NCBI RefSeq assembly: GCF_000181795.1
Contig: NW_003526943.1
Coordinates: 4,640,670-4,704,669 of the forward strand
Length of the DNA: 64,000 nt
From: Trichinella spiralis
Lineage: Eukaryota
Direction of reading: 5' to 3'
Shown here: positions 43,436 to 58,719 of the stretch, piece after piece
Numbering within the stretch: position 1 is the stretch's first letter
How the letters are laid out: each line of letters starts with the position of its first letter
Notes under the pieces: model-generated
The model's database searches: none
What the model was told of the DNA's origin: nothing
The model's input: only the letters and a program-made list of their open reading frames with translations
Translations under genes and position numbers: made by a program

Positions 43436-46400
43436 CGGCGAGGTCAAAAAGCAGCCTGTATATATATATATGACTGAATAGAATGTTTGAGTTGACAAAG
43501 ACCAGAACCGGCTTTCAAAACCGTTCATCAAGCCAAGCTAACAAGCAGGCGTTGTTGACCGGCGTTCAACGGCTCAACGAACTCAAAGAAAATCCCAACA
43601 ACCGGAATATAGAGCTTCAACAATCATATATTCACCACTACCAACAGAAATAACCAAGCCAACATATTCATACTGCATAAAATGATGTTTCAACAGCTTT
43701 AAAATTAAATTCTTTTTTCTCCATTTAAATTCAAAACAATTATGCGCAAAAATTGGTACATCTTGAGAAAAGAGAGATTCACTTGATTGTACGCACGTTG
43801 AATAAATAATACTAGTCAAATACATTGAAACCAAAATCACTACCGCATTTGCCAACACCAAAATGGAACTCTTCTTATTCACTTTGTTCAAATTTTTAAT
43901 TCTCTGAATGCAATGTCAAAAATTAAGTAATTATACCTCAATTTCCTACAAAATTTCCCCATTCATAAGTAGAACAATTTAATATAAGCGCACTCTATTT
44001 TTTTCATATTGCAATTGAATAAAAATTCCCCTTTCACCAGTAATATTCTACGTCATGGATGTAATAATTCATGTCAAATAACGACTTTATTGAATGTGCC
44101 ACTTTATGAAAATTCATTCATAATAATTCATAAATATAGATATCAGGAAAAAGAAATTCACTTTCTATAATACTTAATAAATATCTGAAATAAAGGACTC
44201 GTATTTTGAATTTGTACTATTTTGCTTGTCACTGCTTCAACCAGCTATTAAATAGTTAACATTTGTCAGAGCTATGCTAATAATGAACAATAAATTGATA
44301 AGCAAAAGTATAAAGACAGTTATAAATTTATCCACAAGTTTATTATTACAAATATTGTATCATTCTCTATTCTCACGGCATAATAATGATAATTACAAAA
44401 AAATTGAACTTGTAATGCTTTAATATTTCATTGAAAGTGAAAAATATTCGACTAGGTTTCTTTTTTGCGATTTAATAAATTTTCAGATATTTTCCAATTG
44501 TAGCACTGGCAAACTAAACTATGATGTTTTGCAAACACAAGCATCTGTCTGAAGCATACAGCAGCCGCTAATTGCTATTTTTTAAAGACAATGATATATT
44601 ATTTGCTTTGTTCCTCAAACCATTTCAAAAACTAAAAATAAAATCAAATTTATGAAACATAAAATCAAAATACAGCAATAAAATTTTTTTTCCATTTGTC
44701 AGAGTGACCTCGTGTAAAAAAAATTTTCTTATGTCAATAGAAAGTGACAATGCAAACACACCTTCATGACCAACCTGAAAGCTTTTTCTTAAGCATTCCA
44801 ATGCGCAGCTTATTCATTGAACAAATATCTACGAATAACATAGCACAAACTCTGTTATAGTGTGAATAAAAAAACAAGAAGTCGAATTTATGCTGTTGCA
44901 CTTCCCACCCACTAGGTGAACACAAAATATCGCTTATTTTTTTGCTGTGTTATAAAGCAACAATTAAAATTATGAGAATTTAAAATAATAATTTGAAAAT
45001 TGTGCGCTATTATATGAAATAAATTAGGGATTTTGAAGCAGTACAAATAAACAAATAATTTTCATTTATTTTTAAAAATAGTTAATGCAGTTATTAAAAA
45101 TGTAAAGCTACATTTTTTTGATTTCAGTAATGAAAACGCTTTATCGAAATAGAGAAAAATTACTTTAAAGCAAAACTTAATGTTATTTTTAATATAGTAA
45201 CAACCAGCTTCTTACAATTATGAGAAAACAATTGAAAGCAAAAAATGCAAGGTTTTCTGTTTTTTGAAAATTGTCAATTACAAATGTAATTGACTTACTA
45301 AACCAGAGATTTACAAATCACAATAAACGTGACATGTTTGTGCTATTTTTGCTTTAACAGTACAATCATTACTTCTGTTTTTAATAATTATACTGTACAT
45401 ATAAATAACCACAAATATTTACAGTTTCACTTCATTGTACAGTACAGTACAGTACAGCATTTTAAACTGATAAACTTGACGTTCTTTAACTGATTGAATG
45501 GGCTTAAAAGTCAAACAGTATTTAAGAATTATATTTTCATCAACATGAAGAGAAAATTGAACATACAATTTTACAATACTCTACAATACTGAAATTTATA
45601 TTGCTAAAATAAATTATTCTTAATGTAAAAATTGGTGCTCGTAAACCTTCTTGAAATAGAGAAAATGTTTAACATTAAATGATAGATACAATTTATACAT
45701 AAATTTGTACACACTTTTGTCAAACATTTCAAAACTTATCAGATAAGAAGATCTTTAAAATAAATAAACAATGTATGACAGCAAAACTGTTTCATTGCAA
45801 AAATTTTTAAGATAATTATCTGAATTATTTTTTTGCATTGAATCATTTAAAGCAAATGAATGCAATCTCTGTTGTTTGCGCAGTTATTTTCAGCAATACA
45901 TTAAATTCTATAACCCAAAGAATACCATTTCAAAAGTAAATAAAAATGCATTAAAATTGAGCTGCACATGTTCTGGAATACAACTCAGCTGCATCTCAGC
46001 TGTGCATTCTACGACTGATATGAATGTTGCGTTGACTCGAGGTTGACACTGAATTTATTATTTGCAAAAATCAGATGCATCAAAACCTGCTTATGTGATA
46101 CTCTGTCATAGGAGAAATGAATGAATTTCTAATTTGATAATAAATAATTATTATTATGATCTGCAAAATGATGTTAATTGAAAATGATGAATGATTGAAT
46201 TTCCTTGAAATTCACAAAAACAAAACACGAAAATTATTTTATACAAACAGTAAACAACATTAGCATAAAATAAAAAATTCAAAATTGCATACCTTGCTTC
46301 CAATCAGCGTTTGCTGATCAATGTTGAAGAAAGCATTTCACGTGGTATAGCACTAAAAAGAGCAAAATTTAAAAAAAAGAAAAAGAAAATCAGCTGTGAT

Positions 46401-49400
46401 GATTCATCAAACATCGCGCTTTGTCACAGGTGAAGCAGCTAAGTAAGAATGACGCTGAAAAGCAGGAAAATGCTGTTTACTTAAATTTCCATTGAATTCT
46501 TCACTGATCCTCGTTCAGTTGACAACGTACAGTTGTGAATTGCAAAGAAAAGAAGCATGAAGATCTCAGGACAAAAACATTGCAATGGGATTGGCAAAGA
46601 AACTAGCTTAAATAAGCAAGCACATTTTGACAAATAAAACCAACTATATGCATGAAAACAGCGGCTGACAAGTTCAAAGAGAAAATCAGGAAAGTTACCA
46701 CCTACGCGGAAAGCATCATCACAACGTCATCATTTATTGTGATGTCGATTTAGCAGTTGAAGTAAAAATAAATAAGCTTGTAATACTGTATATCATAATA
46801 TGATGAATATCTGCATCAACTTTTGCAAAAATGAAAAATAAAAAAAACATAATGTTGGTAATACCAACAAGGATGGAAAAGTTATTTCGCCTGCTTGTCG
46901 TGTGTGTGTTCTTTTACAAACTTTGAGAAAGCATATATATGTACATATATATAGAGAGAGAGAATGTTTGGCTTGTTCAAACAAAAGCAAAGTTTGTACA
47001 AGAATACAACGAAAGGTAGAAAGGGGTCCGCACGATGGGCAATGTTTGTCAGGTTATAAAAGGCCAGGAAAACAGTTTTACCTGATCTGGTGTAGAACAA
47101 TTTTCTCCAGTAGTGCATCATGCAGTGAGTGTGAACACAGACGATTGTGAAAGAAAGAGAAAAAAACAGATCCAAGGACCAAATCAGTGATAAAGCATAT
47201 TATGAAATGCGAGGCTGACAACAGCGGCATTTTAAATTAACCTGCTTTTTTCCATTCAAGCAACACAGTGGCATTCTAGAGAACAACGGAAAATTGCTCA
47301 TGAATACATATGGACGAAAAAACTGAATAAAACCAGATCCAAAACAATTTTATTAATTGGCCAATCAATCTGCCCTGGATCTAACTTTTGCAATACATCA
47401 TAGTCTTTATCAGTGTCTATTTGAAAAATGACATCGTCAGAAGCAATGCACATCGTATTTCCACTTATTTCGTGTCGTACATGCAATTCATCAATTTCCG
47501 TGTAAACAACAGCTGCTTATCTCCCCAATCAACATGTACTTTCATAAATATTATTACTTTTGCATTTCATCACATAAGATTGATTAAAATCAAAATTGTA
47601 CTTAAAAATAGCAAAATTCTCAAATTTGCATCATGTCGAATTGTTAATGGATAAGAAATTGGAAATAAAGAATGCTAAAAATGACAACATCACTTCATTC
47701 ATAATTGACATTTTAAATGATATTCAAATTTTCAAATTTCACAATAAAGCAATTTCAACTAATAATCTATTGACTCTAACATTTAGGCAGCTGATATGAA
47801 AAAATTTCATTAAATAATGTTTCTTTTTAGAATACGCAATAGCTAAAGCATCATGGTATTTGTAAAAGTGAAAATTGTAATAATAATAAAAACCAGTGAC
47901 ATACATCATACGCATGATTTATGTATATAATTATAAAATATTCAAAACGAATCATTCATTTATACATATATATATATATAGTACATTATTGTTATTACTG
48001 AGTAAAATTTGTCACTGAATTGAAACATTAAATCTCATTTCATGTTTAAAGTAATAGCAGCTTATGCTGTTTTCATGCAAAAGAGTTTTTATCATTTAAG
48101 ATAGCATTTGAAACAATATTTCTTAAGAAAACTATGATACATCAAAATCAGAAAGTAATGCTTGTCAATATATCACCTATGCAACTGACATTTAGTACCA
48201 TCCAGAAATTGTCATTTGTCCGACATTTTAAGCAAATTCTTGTAATGGTTTCGCACAATACAAGTTCAAATTATGCAATTATAAAATAATTCATAAAAAC
48301 AAATAAGCAGATGCAAATTTTGATGCATAAATCAGGTAAATATGAATACTAGATAAATTAAATGTTGAACAAATTATAATTAAATAAAAAGAAAAAAAGT
48401 AATTAATAATAATTTATTCACTTACCAGAGCTTAAAATAATAGTTGGTTTTTGACAGAATAAAGGTAGAGAGAATGAGAGGGAAAACTTTCAGAAGGTTT
48501 TCCGAATAGTAACGAGGGAAATCAATCGACCGAGGCTTTTCAGGTCAGACTGACCAATAAGGCGGAATGGCAAGAGATTGCATTTATTGACTGAAGTGAA
48601 AAATGATACGATTAAGAATTTTGCACACCACCGTAACCTGCGTGATACAACTTTCATACAAATTTGGCAGTTCATTTCCATCCATCATATCAGAAAAATA
48701 GATTGCAAAACAATACTATTTTAAATCCTTTTACAATAAAATTAATTTAAATAAATAGGGTAAAAATAATGATAATAATAATATAATAATGATAATGATA
48801 AATATTGATGGATTTTTGTCAGTGACCGATAATGTCGATGTTACTTGGTGGTGCCCTTGCAAAAAAATGCCGTTCTTTCAACTGGGCCAAAACATTTTGG
48901 TCATGGTCACCAAGAAAAAGACCCAAATGTGAACGCAGTTACTGTTAGACAAAAGAGAAGACGAAAACTGGAAGCTAATCGCCACCGGCTTGTGCAAAAT
49001 GATATTATCAAAACTTGAACTTGCCTTTTGGCCTGCCTGTACGCTATATATGTATATATATATCGATCAAGCTATCTGGATGGAAAGGATGTTGGTGGTG
49101 GTTGCGTTAACGGTAGGGGGGAGCGACGGAAAAAGAAGAACTCTTTCACGGGCCATGAATCATCATCACCTCCAATGACATTAACTGTCGCCTTCCATGG
49201 TAACGGCTATATAATTGCCCTGCCCGACTAGACTGTCTGAGCAACTAATTGAAAATGCGAACGGCAGCAGTTGCAAACAAAGTGCTTGAATAATAACCCC
49301 AATGGGCATCAGTGATATTCACTGGAACAAAACAATAAACAAAACAAGCTTTCTGCGAACTAACTATTGAATTTTAATAAATTTTTTATATCATTTATAC

Positions 49401-51558
49401 CTTTTCTGATATGCTTGAAACTCATCGATCAATCAATCAATCACATTACATCACACATCTCGGCTGATGTTCTATTTAATTTCACTTCCATTTAATGTGT
49501 GCTTTTTTATTTATTTACCTGTTCAACTGTCAAAATAAAACTGGAACAATGGATTTTTATAACTTTTATACATTGTCAGATGAAATTTACAGGATGAGCT
49601 TGATCATACATGCACATACGGCTATCGATCACTGCTCGCATTCTTTGTCCACGCAGTCTTCACAATCATTCAAAACATGACAATAACACAAAAAAGGAAA
49701 AAAAATTTTTCCCTGTAATCAAAATTTCATTCCCCATTTTAATACTTTGAACAATCAAATGGCAATTGTTACAAATGGAATGTACAAAATAACGGCATTC
49801 TTTTTCTTTTATTCTCCCCTTTTCTGCAAGGAATTCATTTGTATGGTAATTTAATATACAATTTATGACAAACTTATAACGAAATCAAAAAGTAAAAAAA
49901 TTTTATTACCTCAAAGTAATAATTACAGAATATATTTATCGAGCGATCGTCAAAAATGACTTGCTTACTCATATAGGTAATGATATTTTCTAATAGATTG
50001 CTTGAATTTATTTCTTTAGACTTTATTTATGAATTATTTAAATAATAAGTTTGCTACAATAGCAGGGAGCAATGCTGCACTTGGGTTACTGGCAGTCAGG
50101 TTCTAATAATCACGCTAAATTCGTTCTGCTTTCTCAAACAAATTTACTGATTTGAAACGATTCATTGCATCATCCACTAGCAAAACTGCTAATGATTCAA
50201 ATCCAATTCAAAAAATAATCAAGAATTTCTTAAATGGACGATGAACTGAGAACATTACACTGCTTAAAATACGAGCTTACTAATCATATAATTGTGGAAT
50301 CAAAAAGGGTACTCTATAAATTAGCATGCTTGTGTTTGAAACGTGGACAGAGCTGTGTTTGAAAAGAAGAACAAGAAACGAAAATTGTTTTGCTGATAGC
50401 TTTAATGACTATGAAATTGATGGACATTTGTAAAAGCATAAAAATTAATGCATGAAATAATTTTTACATTGATGCATGAAAAATTAATAAAAAGTTAATG
50501 AATTGATGTCTTCCAAATCTACATTTTCACTACAGTAGAATAGAAGTTTCGACATTTAAATCTGAAGCGTTGTGTATTAAGTCGCATAATTTCAAAAATA
50601 GTAGAACCTGCTTACATTTATACAATCCATACTGTAGTTCTTCAATATATATATGTGTGTACATCACGAGTGGCGCGTTATAGTCAGTATGTTATTAATC
50701 ATCGTTGTTGCGCATGTGTCGAATAAACGTTGTTCTCCTAATTAATATTCTCAATGGCGGGGACATTGCAGATAATAGCAATTTTCAAGTGAAATTGTAA
50801 ATTAAATATGTATGCAATGCTTATGTGAGAATTTCTTTAAATGAATTAAAAAAATGGTTTGAAATTTACAATTGTTGTTTCCGTGATGAATTTATTTGTT
50901 TTAAGATGCACTGCAAACACTGCGGAAAAACAATTCAGTAAAGTATAATTTGCTCCTATTTTTTGAGTACCTGACTGATATAAAATGATAAGAGTGTATA
51001 TGTTATTGAATATTAAAAAACTTTATTTTATTTGAAATTGTTATTTTTTCAGCTTTGAATTGAACAAGTAATGAATCAACATCTGCTATGTTGATAGCGA
51101 ATTGGTTTTTTTTAATTTTTAATTGTAAGCTTTTAAATTTTAAATTATTTAATGTGTTATAAAAAAGTATTATCTAAAATGTCTTAAAGTTCATTCTGTT
51201 GCGAAATTTTCGTAAAAAATAAGTGTGAAAACTGCTTTAAAAGTAAAATGAGCGGATAATTTATTGATTTTTTTGTTCATACTGCCTGTAATTTTAAATA
51301 TCAAAAGTAAAGTCAAATTACATCAGATTTTACATAATTTTATGCAATATTCAATCGTACCGTGCTTGTTACTTTTAATTTTGTAAAACAGAATGTGATA
51401 AAGATGAAAATATAATAATGGCAATAAAAGTCTTACTAGTTTTAAATTATATTATCAACTTTTAAATATATAATTTGGCATCAATATTATCTGCAGTAGA
51501 GCAAGGTTGCAAAACTGCTCAAACACTTTTCTGAATCATGATATCTGATACTAAATAA

Positions 51559-52674
51559 TTAATGGCGACGAATGTAATAGCCAACCCATTGTGTAAGGTA
51601 AATAGCAATCATTGCGATAAACAGGGCAACTTCAATTCCACAACAGACCTTAAAAAAGTACGTAAGCGCATTAAATCCAGTTGATTCATAATTACCCCTA
51701 TCCATCCAAACAGTTGAGTTGTTCTTGAACCTGTACGTAAGGAAATTGTAATAGCAGTACCAAGACTGATCAGCCATCCACAAAAGCCACCGGTGCTAAA
51801 AATTAGCTCCTAAAATATTGTCACTATATTTAAAATGTTAAATTTTTCTTTTTTACAGTTTTACACGAAAGCCATATACTGGTCATAGAATATTATTTAA
51901 TATAAAGATTTACTTCACTTATATAATAAGTTTTATATTTAAAAAACCAAAAAACTACTTGTATTTTTACTATTGTTGAAAGGTTATGAATAAAATAATT
52001 ATATAACATTATTTGTGAAAATTAAACATAAAGGTCAATATGCAAATCACATACCGCAACTACACAACATGATCTTTGTTCCCGACACTTGCATTGTATT
52101 GCAATATCAAGAATAAAGCTGACACAACAGTACAGGATAGTAATAGCTGCAATTCCAACTATGATTCCTACTTGATAATCGCCATAATACTTTTCAGCCA
52201 AACTAATAGTGACACAAGCGGAAATCTAAAATAATTATCATTACTTTTAGCTACCTTAGAATATTCTTCAAATCTACTATTATTATTGTATGAATTTTGA
52301 AAAAAGTAGTGTTTTCATGCACTGCACTGTATTATATTACAAAATTACAAAAGTTAATAAATGAAAAAATGATTTTTTGTTGTGGAATTATATTTTGATT
52401 ATGAATAATAAATTCACATAAGCAGAGAAGTGTTGAATTTTATTTTGTCTGAATCATCGTCTGGACAGTGAATTTTAGCATGGTAATCTTTTATCCAAAC
52501 TGTAAAGAAGTGAATATTAAAATTTTGAACATTTGAACAGCAACTGGAATGAATAAGTTTGCAAATCGATTAAACAACTTTGATGAAAGTACTTACAAGT
52601 AAGAGCGCTTTCAAAATGCACAAAATTATGCTCATCGAATTGGAATTTTGATTCCTACGACTTTTTCTGTCCAT
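51559..52674 (-). CDS. Small four-transmembrane protein, 150 aa, MARVEL-like topology, family not recognised
   Basis: Four exons with phase-0 GT-AG introns: 52674-52597, 52225-52055, 51809-51696 and 51648-51559. Translation: MDRKSRRNQNSNSMSIILCILKALLL|ISACVTISLAEKYYGDYQVGIIVGIAAITILYCCVSFILDIAIQCKCREQRSCCVVA|ELIFSTGGFCGWLISLGTAITISLRTGSRTTQLFGWIG|VCCGIEVALFIAMIAIYLTQWVGYYIRRH. Confidence 0.8.
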
Positions 52675-55600
52675 GTTAATCAACTTTCAAAGAAGAAAAC
52701 AAAAGCCGAATCAATTTCAATGATAAAATATTGAATTTGAATATTTTGTGAAGAGAAATGAAAAATTCAATTCAAGGATTTTACAAAATGTGCGACAAGG
52801 TGAAAGTTGATTTTTACAACAGCGGACGAAACAAACTTTTCATGGACGTTGTAAATAAAGGGCGAGAAGAAGAAATGCTTCGCTTTAAATAAACATTAAA
52901 CCTTAGTCACGTTGGTCAGCGTCGGTTGTGACACTTTGATAGAACACGTATGCTGATACGCTTTTGCCGATTTCAACGTTCAGCAACTTTTATCTATTAC
53001 ATTGCCTCTTAAATAAACAGTGCATTGTTGCCACACCAGCGTTGTAAAATTTTGCCTGCTACCCCTATTGACATTGTAGTGGACAGAAATTCAAAACATA
53101 ATAATTTTTTCAAAATTTAAAAATTGAAAAAAAATACAGAATATTTTGAAAAATAATATCGAAATTACTCGTAGTTCATTTCTTTCCATAATAACATACT
53201 TGTAAATGGTAAACATTTTTTGAATAATTTTTCATATTCATTTTGTAAGTTTGTAATGGATTTTTTTATTTATTTGTGAAGATAAAAGTCAAAACAACTT
53301 TAAACATTTTAAAATTAATAAAGTTGAAAAAAGTCTTTCCAAATAAATTTAAAATCAACCTGTTACTGCACAATGTACATACAAGAGTAATTTTATTATT
53401 GGAAAAGCAGGTAATAAAAACTTTTTTATAATATTTAGAAGATCAAAAAGAAATTAAATTTATTTTTAACAAAATAAAAGTAACAAAAAAACTTTCACAA
53501 TAGTGTAAAACTGACAAATCACTCGAATAAATTTGTTTAATTAATTGAACATATTTTCCTTTTTTATTTTCAACGGCAAGCAAATAAACATTCAAAAATT
53601 CTATCAATAATATAATTTATATTACGATATATATATATATGCAAAACAATAATTTAAAAACAATGAAATATATAATATAGTTTTAAAAAAGTTGTATTAT
53701 GTTAATTAGTATTATTTTATAGTTCAAGTATGTTGCATTCAATATGTGAGCTGATTGAATACTCAATGATCTGATAAGCATGTGATCTGATGGAATAATG
53801 CTCACATCAGCTTTTTAAAACGACGGATTTCATCAATTTGGAATATTTTGTTTATTTTGAAAAACTAAAATGCAAAAAAAAAGAGAAGATTTTTTCTTGT
53901 TAAATTTTCAAAATCAATTTTTAAAGAAAATATAAATTGCATTGCACAGAAATATGATGAAAATTTGCAATGCGAATGTCGGGCATTTTGGACATGAGTT
54001 GGATGTTTGAATTGCTTAATTATATTCTTTGCTCTTTTATAAATAATTTCCTTGAAATGAAACGAAGCATGCAATTTATAGGAATTGAGTTGTCGATTTA
54101 GTCGGCTGCGTAAATGTTGGCTAAAATTGCCATTCATTTAATGAGTAATAAAATCAACATCCGAAGCTTCTTTGTTGGCACTGTTACGTGATGACATGCG
54201 AAACAATTTCTTCAAACTCTATAATCTATAAAGAGAAGACATTCGATATTTTTGAAAACATCTGACTACATGATGAAGTATGATTTTCAAAGTAAAGATT
54301 AATAAAATGATTCCATTTTACTTGAATTTCATCTTCATGTTTGCAGCAGCATTTGTCTCTTGTTTTTGCAATTTATATGTTGGTAATTTAATTTGTTGTT
54401 TGTTTGTTTTAAAATATTATTATTAGATATTCTTCAAAAAACTGAATCAATTTAGCATTGCGCAGTTAGGTGGCAGAAACTATTGACTTGAGCATAGCAT
54501 GAGTGTTGCCAAAGCCAAAGTGCCAACTCAGCAAATCGTTACAAGCCTACCTACATATTTTTAAATATTCTTCCTTGCCAACCTGGTTTTAATTTTAATA
54601 CACTTGTTGAAGTGATATTTCAATTTCCGGTTTTTGGACAGTGATATTTTTTCGTAGCAATGCAAAATTTCCCATTGTTTACAGCTCATTTTTGCAAAAA
54701 ATGGTTTTAAAAAAGAGAAGCAAGGTCGACAACAGCTCGCTATTAGCTGACATCCGCGCAACTAGCTGTCACTCCAACAGCCGTTGAACAAACACGACCA
54801 ACTTTAATCATTGCATACGTTCGTCTGGTTTAATCGATCCATCTCCGACCACTCTGACTTGAATCCGACTGAAAAGTAAGCTTCTTGTATTCACGTCAAC
54901 TGCAATCACATCCATGCTAGATATTCCAGTTTCAAATAGTGAATTTTAATTTTTTGCATACGTCAAAGGTAGGCTGTTTCACGAAGATAAATTATTTCAC
55001 AATTATTTGCTACAAGTTTGAACATGTACATTTTTTGCAATAGCATTCCTATATACATTTCATTCTCAAGGTGACTGAACATTAAACATTGAACATTTGC
55101 CTCAATCATATTCACTTAATCAATAAAACATTTCATTGTATTATGTAATATTTCATTTAATCCTTATCCAGCAAATATTTTTTAAAACATATTCTTTTTT
55201 TTGAATTGTACTGCTCATAAAAAGGAAAATTAATAATAGCACGCTTTTCAAAGCTATCACTACAGATGTAAGACATGAAATGAAATTTTTATTTTGTTAA
55301 ATTTTTTACGATGATCACAGCAAATGCAGTAAATTATTTTTATCCAGTAAAAAATTGGTGGGTTCGACTTTGCGCATGTTTTTAATTATATAAATTTATA
55401 CTTTCAGCGGAGCTTATCATCAGCTAGTCAATTTTGCGTGTAATCAGCGCGCTTGGGAAACATTGAAAAATTGTTCATCGTGATAAATAAATATCTGGGC
55501 ATTTCGGTTTTATGTTCATTCAGCGAGATATTTACTTTTCTATTTAAAACAGTCATTATAGATCATATTTATCTTCATGCAATACTTTTATTTAACATAT

Positions 55601-58600
55601 CTATAAATCCATTGAGAAGATTGCGATATTGACATTCGATCTTTTGTTTGCTTGAAGTGATGAAAAAAGGGGCATGAAATTTTCATTGAAATGAATAGCA
55701 AAATTCTATTTAAAAAAAGTTGCAAACCTATTTACATATTGAAGAGGCTGTTCGTTATGAGAGCATTGATTTTTGTAATTAATAAATGGCGCGTAAATGG
55801 AGACGAGAAATTTTAGCCTATTTAAATTGTAAAACATATTCTTTCATTTTTCATATTTTAAAACTGTTGCACATGTTGTATGCAATGAAAAAGAATTTGC
55901 TGTTTATCCAACAGATAAATTTCATTCAGAAATTGATATATGCAAATTTAATTTAATTTGATCAGTGAAACTTTCAGTGATGATTTTTTTGTAAAAATGC
56001 ATAGTGCAACGTTTGTTAAACTTACCTTTTACGTATATATATATAGATACTACTTTAAGATAATTAAAAATTTTTATCTTTGTATAATTTATAATTTTTG
56101 ATAATTTTTGTATGCGTAATTGTGATACAGAGCTGCTGGTTTTTCTACAATTTCCTTAGTTTGTTTGTAAATTCCTACAAATGTCATGTGAACAATTTCA
56201 ATATTAGCATAATGATGCTCATTTTGAATAAGAAATGCCAGTCTTATTTATTTAAAACTTCACTTATTTTGTTGTCATATTTACTTTTATTTTCAAAAAA
56301 TTTTAGCATCTACATTTATTTATATATTAATTTTTGTTTTCGTTGAAATATTAAATTTTTAGAAAATATAATCAGGAGAAAAATGTCAGTTTTGCCACAG
56401 TGAATCTGTTTTGTGTAAAGTGAAGCAAAAAGAACTGTAAAATGTATTATTTTTAAATATTTCAATTTTTGAATTTTCAAATTTATCGAGCAGAAATAAA
56501 TTGTTTTTCAGTTATTGCAATGCAATATTAATATGCAACTGGGACAGTGTTTTTGTTTTCATTGTTAATGAAACGTAAAAGCACTTCCTTCTGAATCGAA
56601 GTGATAGAATGTTTTGAATGCAAATGCTGCTGCAAATTTTACCAACTACCATTTAAATGGAAAATTTACTTTCGTCTCAGTTGACGATATTGTGACAAAG
56701 ATTTCAGTGCGGTATAATTTATAATTTGAAATTTATCCACTTTTGATTTTGTTAAATTTATCCTTAAACCAGTTGGTGGAGTTATGAATTGGCAAGTTGA
56801 ATTGTGCCTGAGTTTTTTCGCTCGATGCAAGTATACTGTATACATTACAAGTATCCCGTCTTCGTCGAGAGGTTGGTTTTGTAATGATATGGTCGTTTCG
56901 TTGTATTCACATGCAATGTTCTCTTTCGTCGAATCTTTTTCTCCGAATCAAGTCAACGGTTTTGTCATTTGTTCAATTTTTAAATCCATTAAATACAATA
57001 CACCAGATTTCATGTACAATGACGTAATATTTTGTAATACATCTGTATATGCGCGTGTATTTCTCTGCTTTTTTTTGTTTTACATTTTCCTTTTATCAGC
57101 AGTAGCATTTTATGTTGTTGTACAAGTTTCTACTTATGGCTTGTAAAATGTGCCAGAAGATGAATTGTACGCGCCTACACGACCGTATGTCAATCAGACT
57201 TGCTGTATCTAGGTCAGTTGAAGGATATGTACATTTTCAACGATTCTTTTATTGATGGGATATTTTGTTCACAGACGATGGAAACAAAGCCAACTGTTCA
57301 ACAGTATCAAATTGGTTGAAATTATTCTTGTCCGCTCGTAGGAATCAGTGTAGAATATAATAAATGCATACGTAGAATATCGAGCATACGAGAATGTATT
57401 GTAACGGTCGACGTTTGACTTGACTTGATCCAACAATATGTAGGTCAGGCGGAACAAAGCTCGTCAGGCTTATTGAAGCGGACGATTTCGTTGCTCGAGT
57501 TCGCTTGCCCAGACATAATCTTTCTTCATCTTTCTATTGTTATTTCTGAATTCTCTTCACTTTTGCGATGCAATTTCAAAAAAAAAGAAGAAAATTATAT
57601 GTGCTTCCTGCCCATTTGAAAAATAGGCAAATTGTATTATTTATTTATTTATTTATTTATCATGTTTTTGCATAGATGTAAATTTTGTTCGTTGAAATTT
57701 GAAAATCGATCACGCATGTTATGTATATTTGTGGCATGTGAACATTCTTGACGGGTATTTTGATTCGATTTCCATCGAAACTTCTTTTTCAGATATTGAT
57801 CACAGAGAAAGAGATAGAGAGAGTAGTGTTGTGGAATTGCTCGAATGCAGATCGCCGAACAATTCACGTTCACTTTTAATTCCTAGTCATCAGAAAACCG
57901 GTTTGCTTTATTTGATCACTTTTGTTGTTGTTGTTTATTTGTTTTGTTTTTCTTTTTTTTAATTTTATTTTAAAATAATGTTTTCAGCATATTTACCGTA
58001 TTTTTTGTATGTTGATGAATCAAATCGAATTGAGATTCATTAGATCGACGATACAATGATGTATCTTTTTTTCAAATAATTTTTTTTTCTCAAATTGAAT
58101 CAAAAATTCAAATTCATCGATATCCTCTCGAAGGGAAATTTGGTGATCAGTGGAAATGTTAGCAGTTGGTATGCGACAATTTATTTTCCCTTTTATCCGC
58201 TAACTAAAAAGTCAATAATCTCTCTTTCTCTCTCTCAAAAAAAAAGAATTTACAATTCAACGTCATGGAATATCATTAGTATTATTATTTTCACTGACAA
58301 TTCTGCTTTGGTCATTTATCACCAAGTTTTATTGCTATTCTTCTCGAGAGTGGCTTTTTCATTGTTCCAATTTCATGCGATCAAGCGTTGCTTTGCTTGG
58401 ACAAAAGTTGTGCAAATTCTGCTTTTGTGTACTGAGCAGTGAACCGACCGTATCAAAACAAAAGCACAGTATGGATTGATATTTTTATTCTTTTCCAAAT
58501 TATATTTATACTTCTTTACTGGTGTAATCAGTATATTTTATTTTATTTTAATTATTCTTCAGTTGAATATTCATCAAGTAGAAGGTTTTACAGCAAATTG

Positions 58601-58685
58601 GTGACATTAAAATTGTTTAAACAGCCAACAGTATCATTATTGGTGGAAATGTCGTTCGTCGTTGAATTTGCGTCATGCAAAAGTC

Positions 58686-58687
<2 letters not shown>

Positions 58688-58718
<31 letters not shown>
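58688..58718. repeat. (GCA)n microsatellite
   Basis: About 10 perfect units roughly 450 bp upstream of the POU-S-only ORF. Confidence 0.95.

Positions 58719-58719
<1 letters not shown>

Noticed and set aside
53743..53807. Inverted repeat ATGTGAGC...GCTCACAT
   Set aside because: Only 8 bp pair and the interior pairs poorly; this is compatible with chance.
55355..55380. GGTTCGA B-box-like word suggesting a tRNA or SINE
   Set aside because: No A-box or cloverleaf stems.
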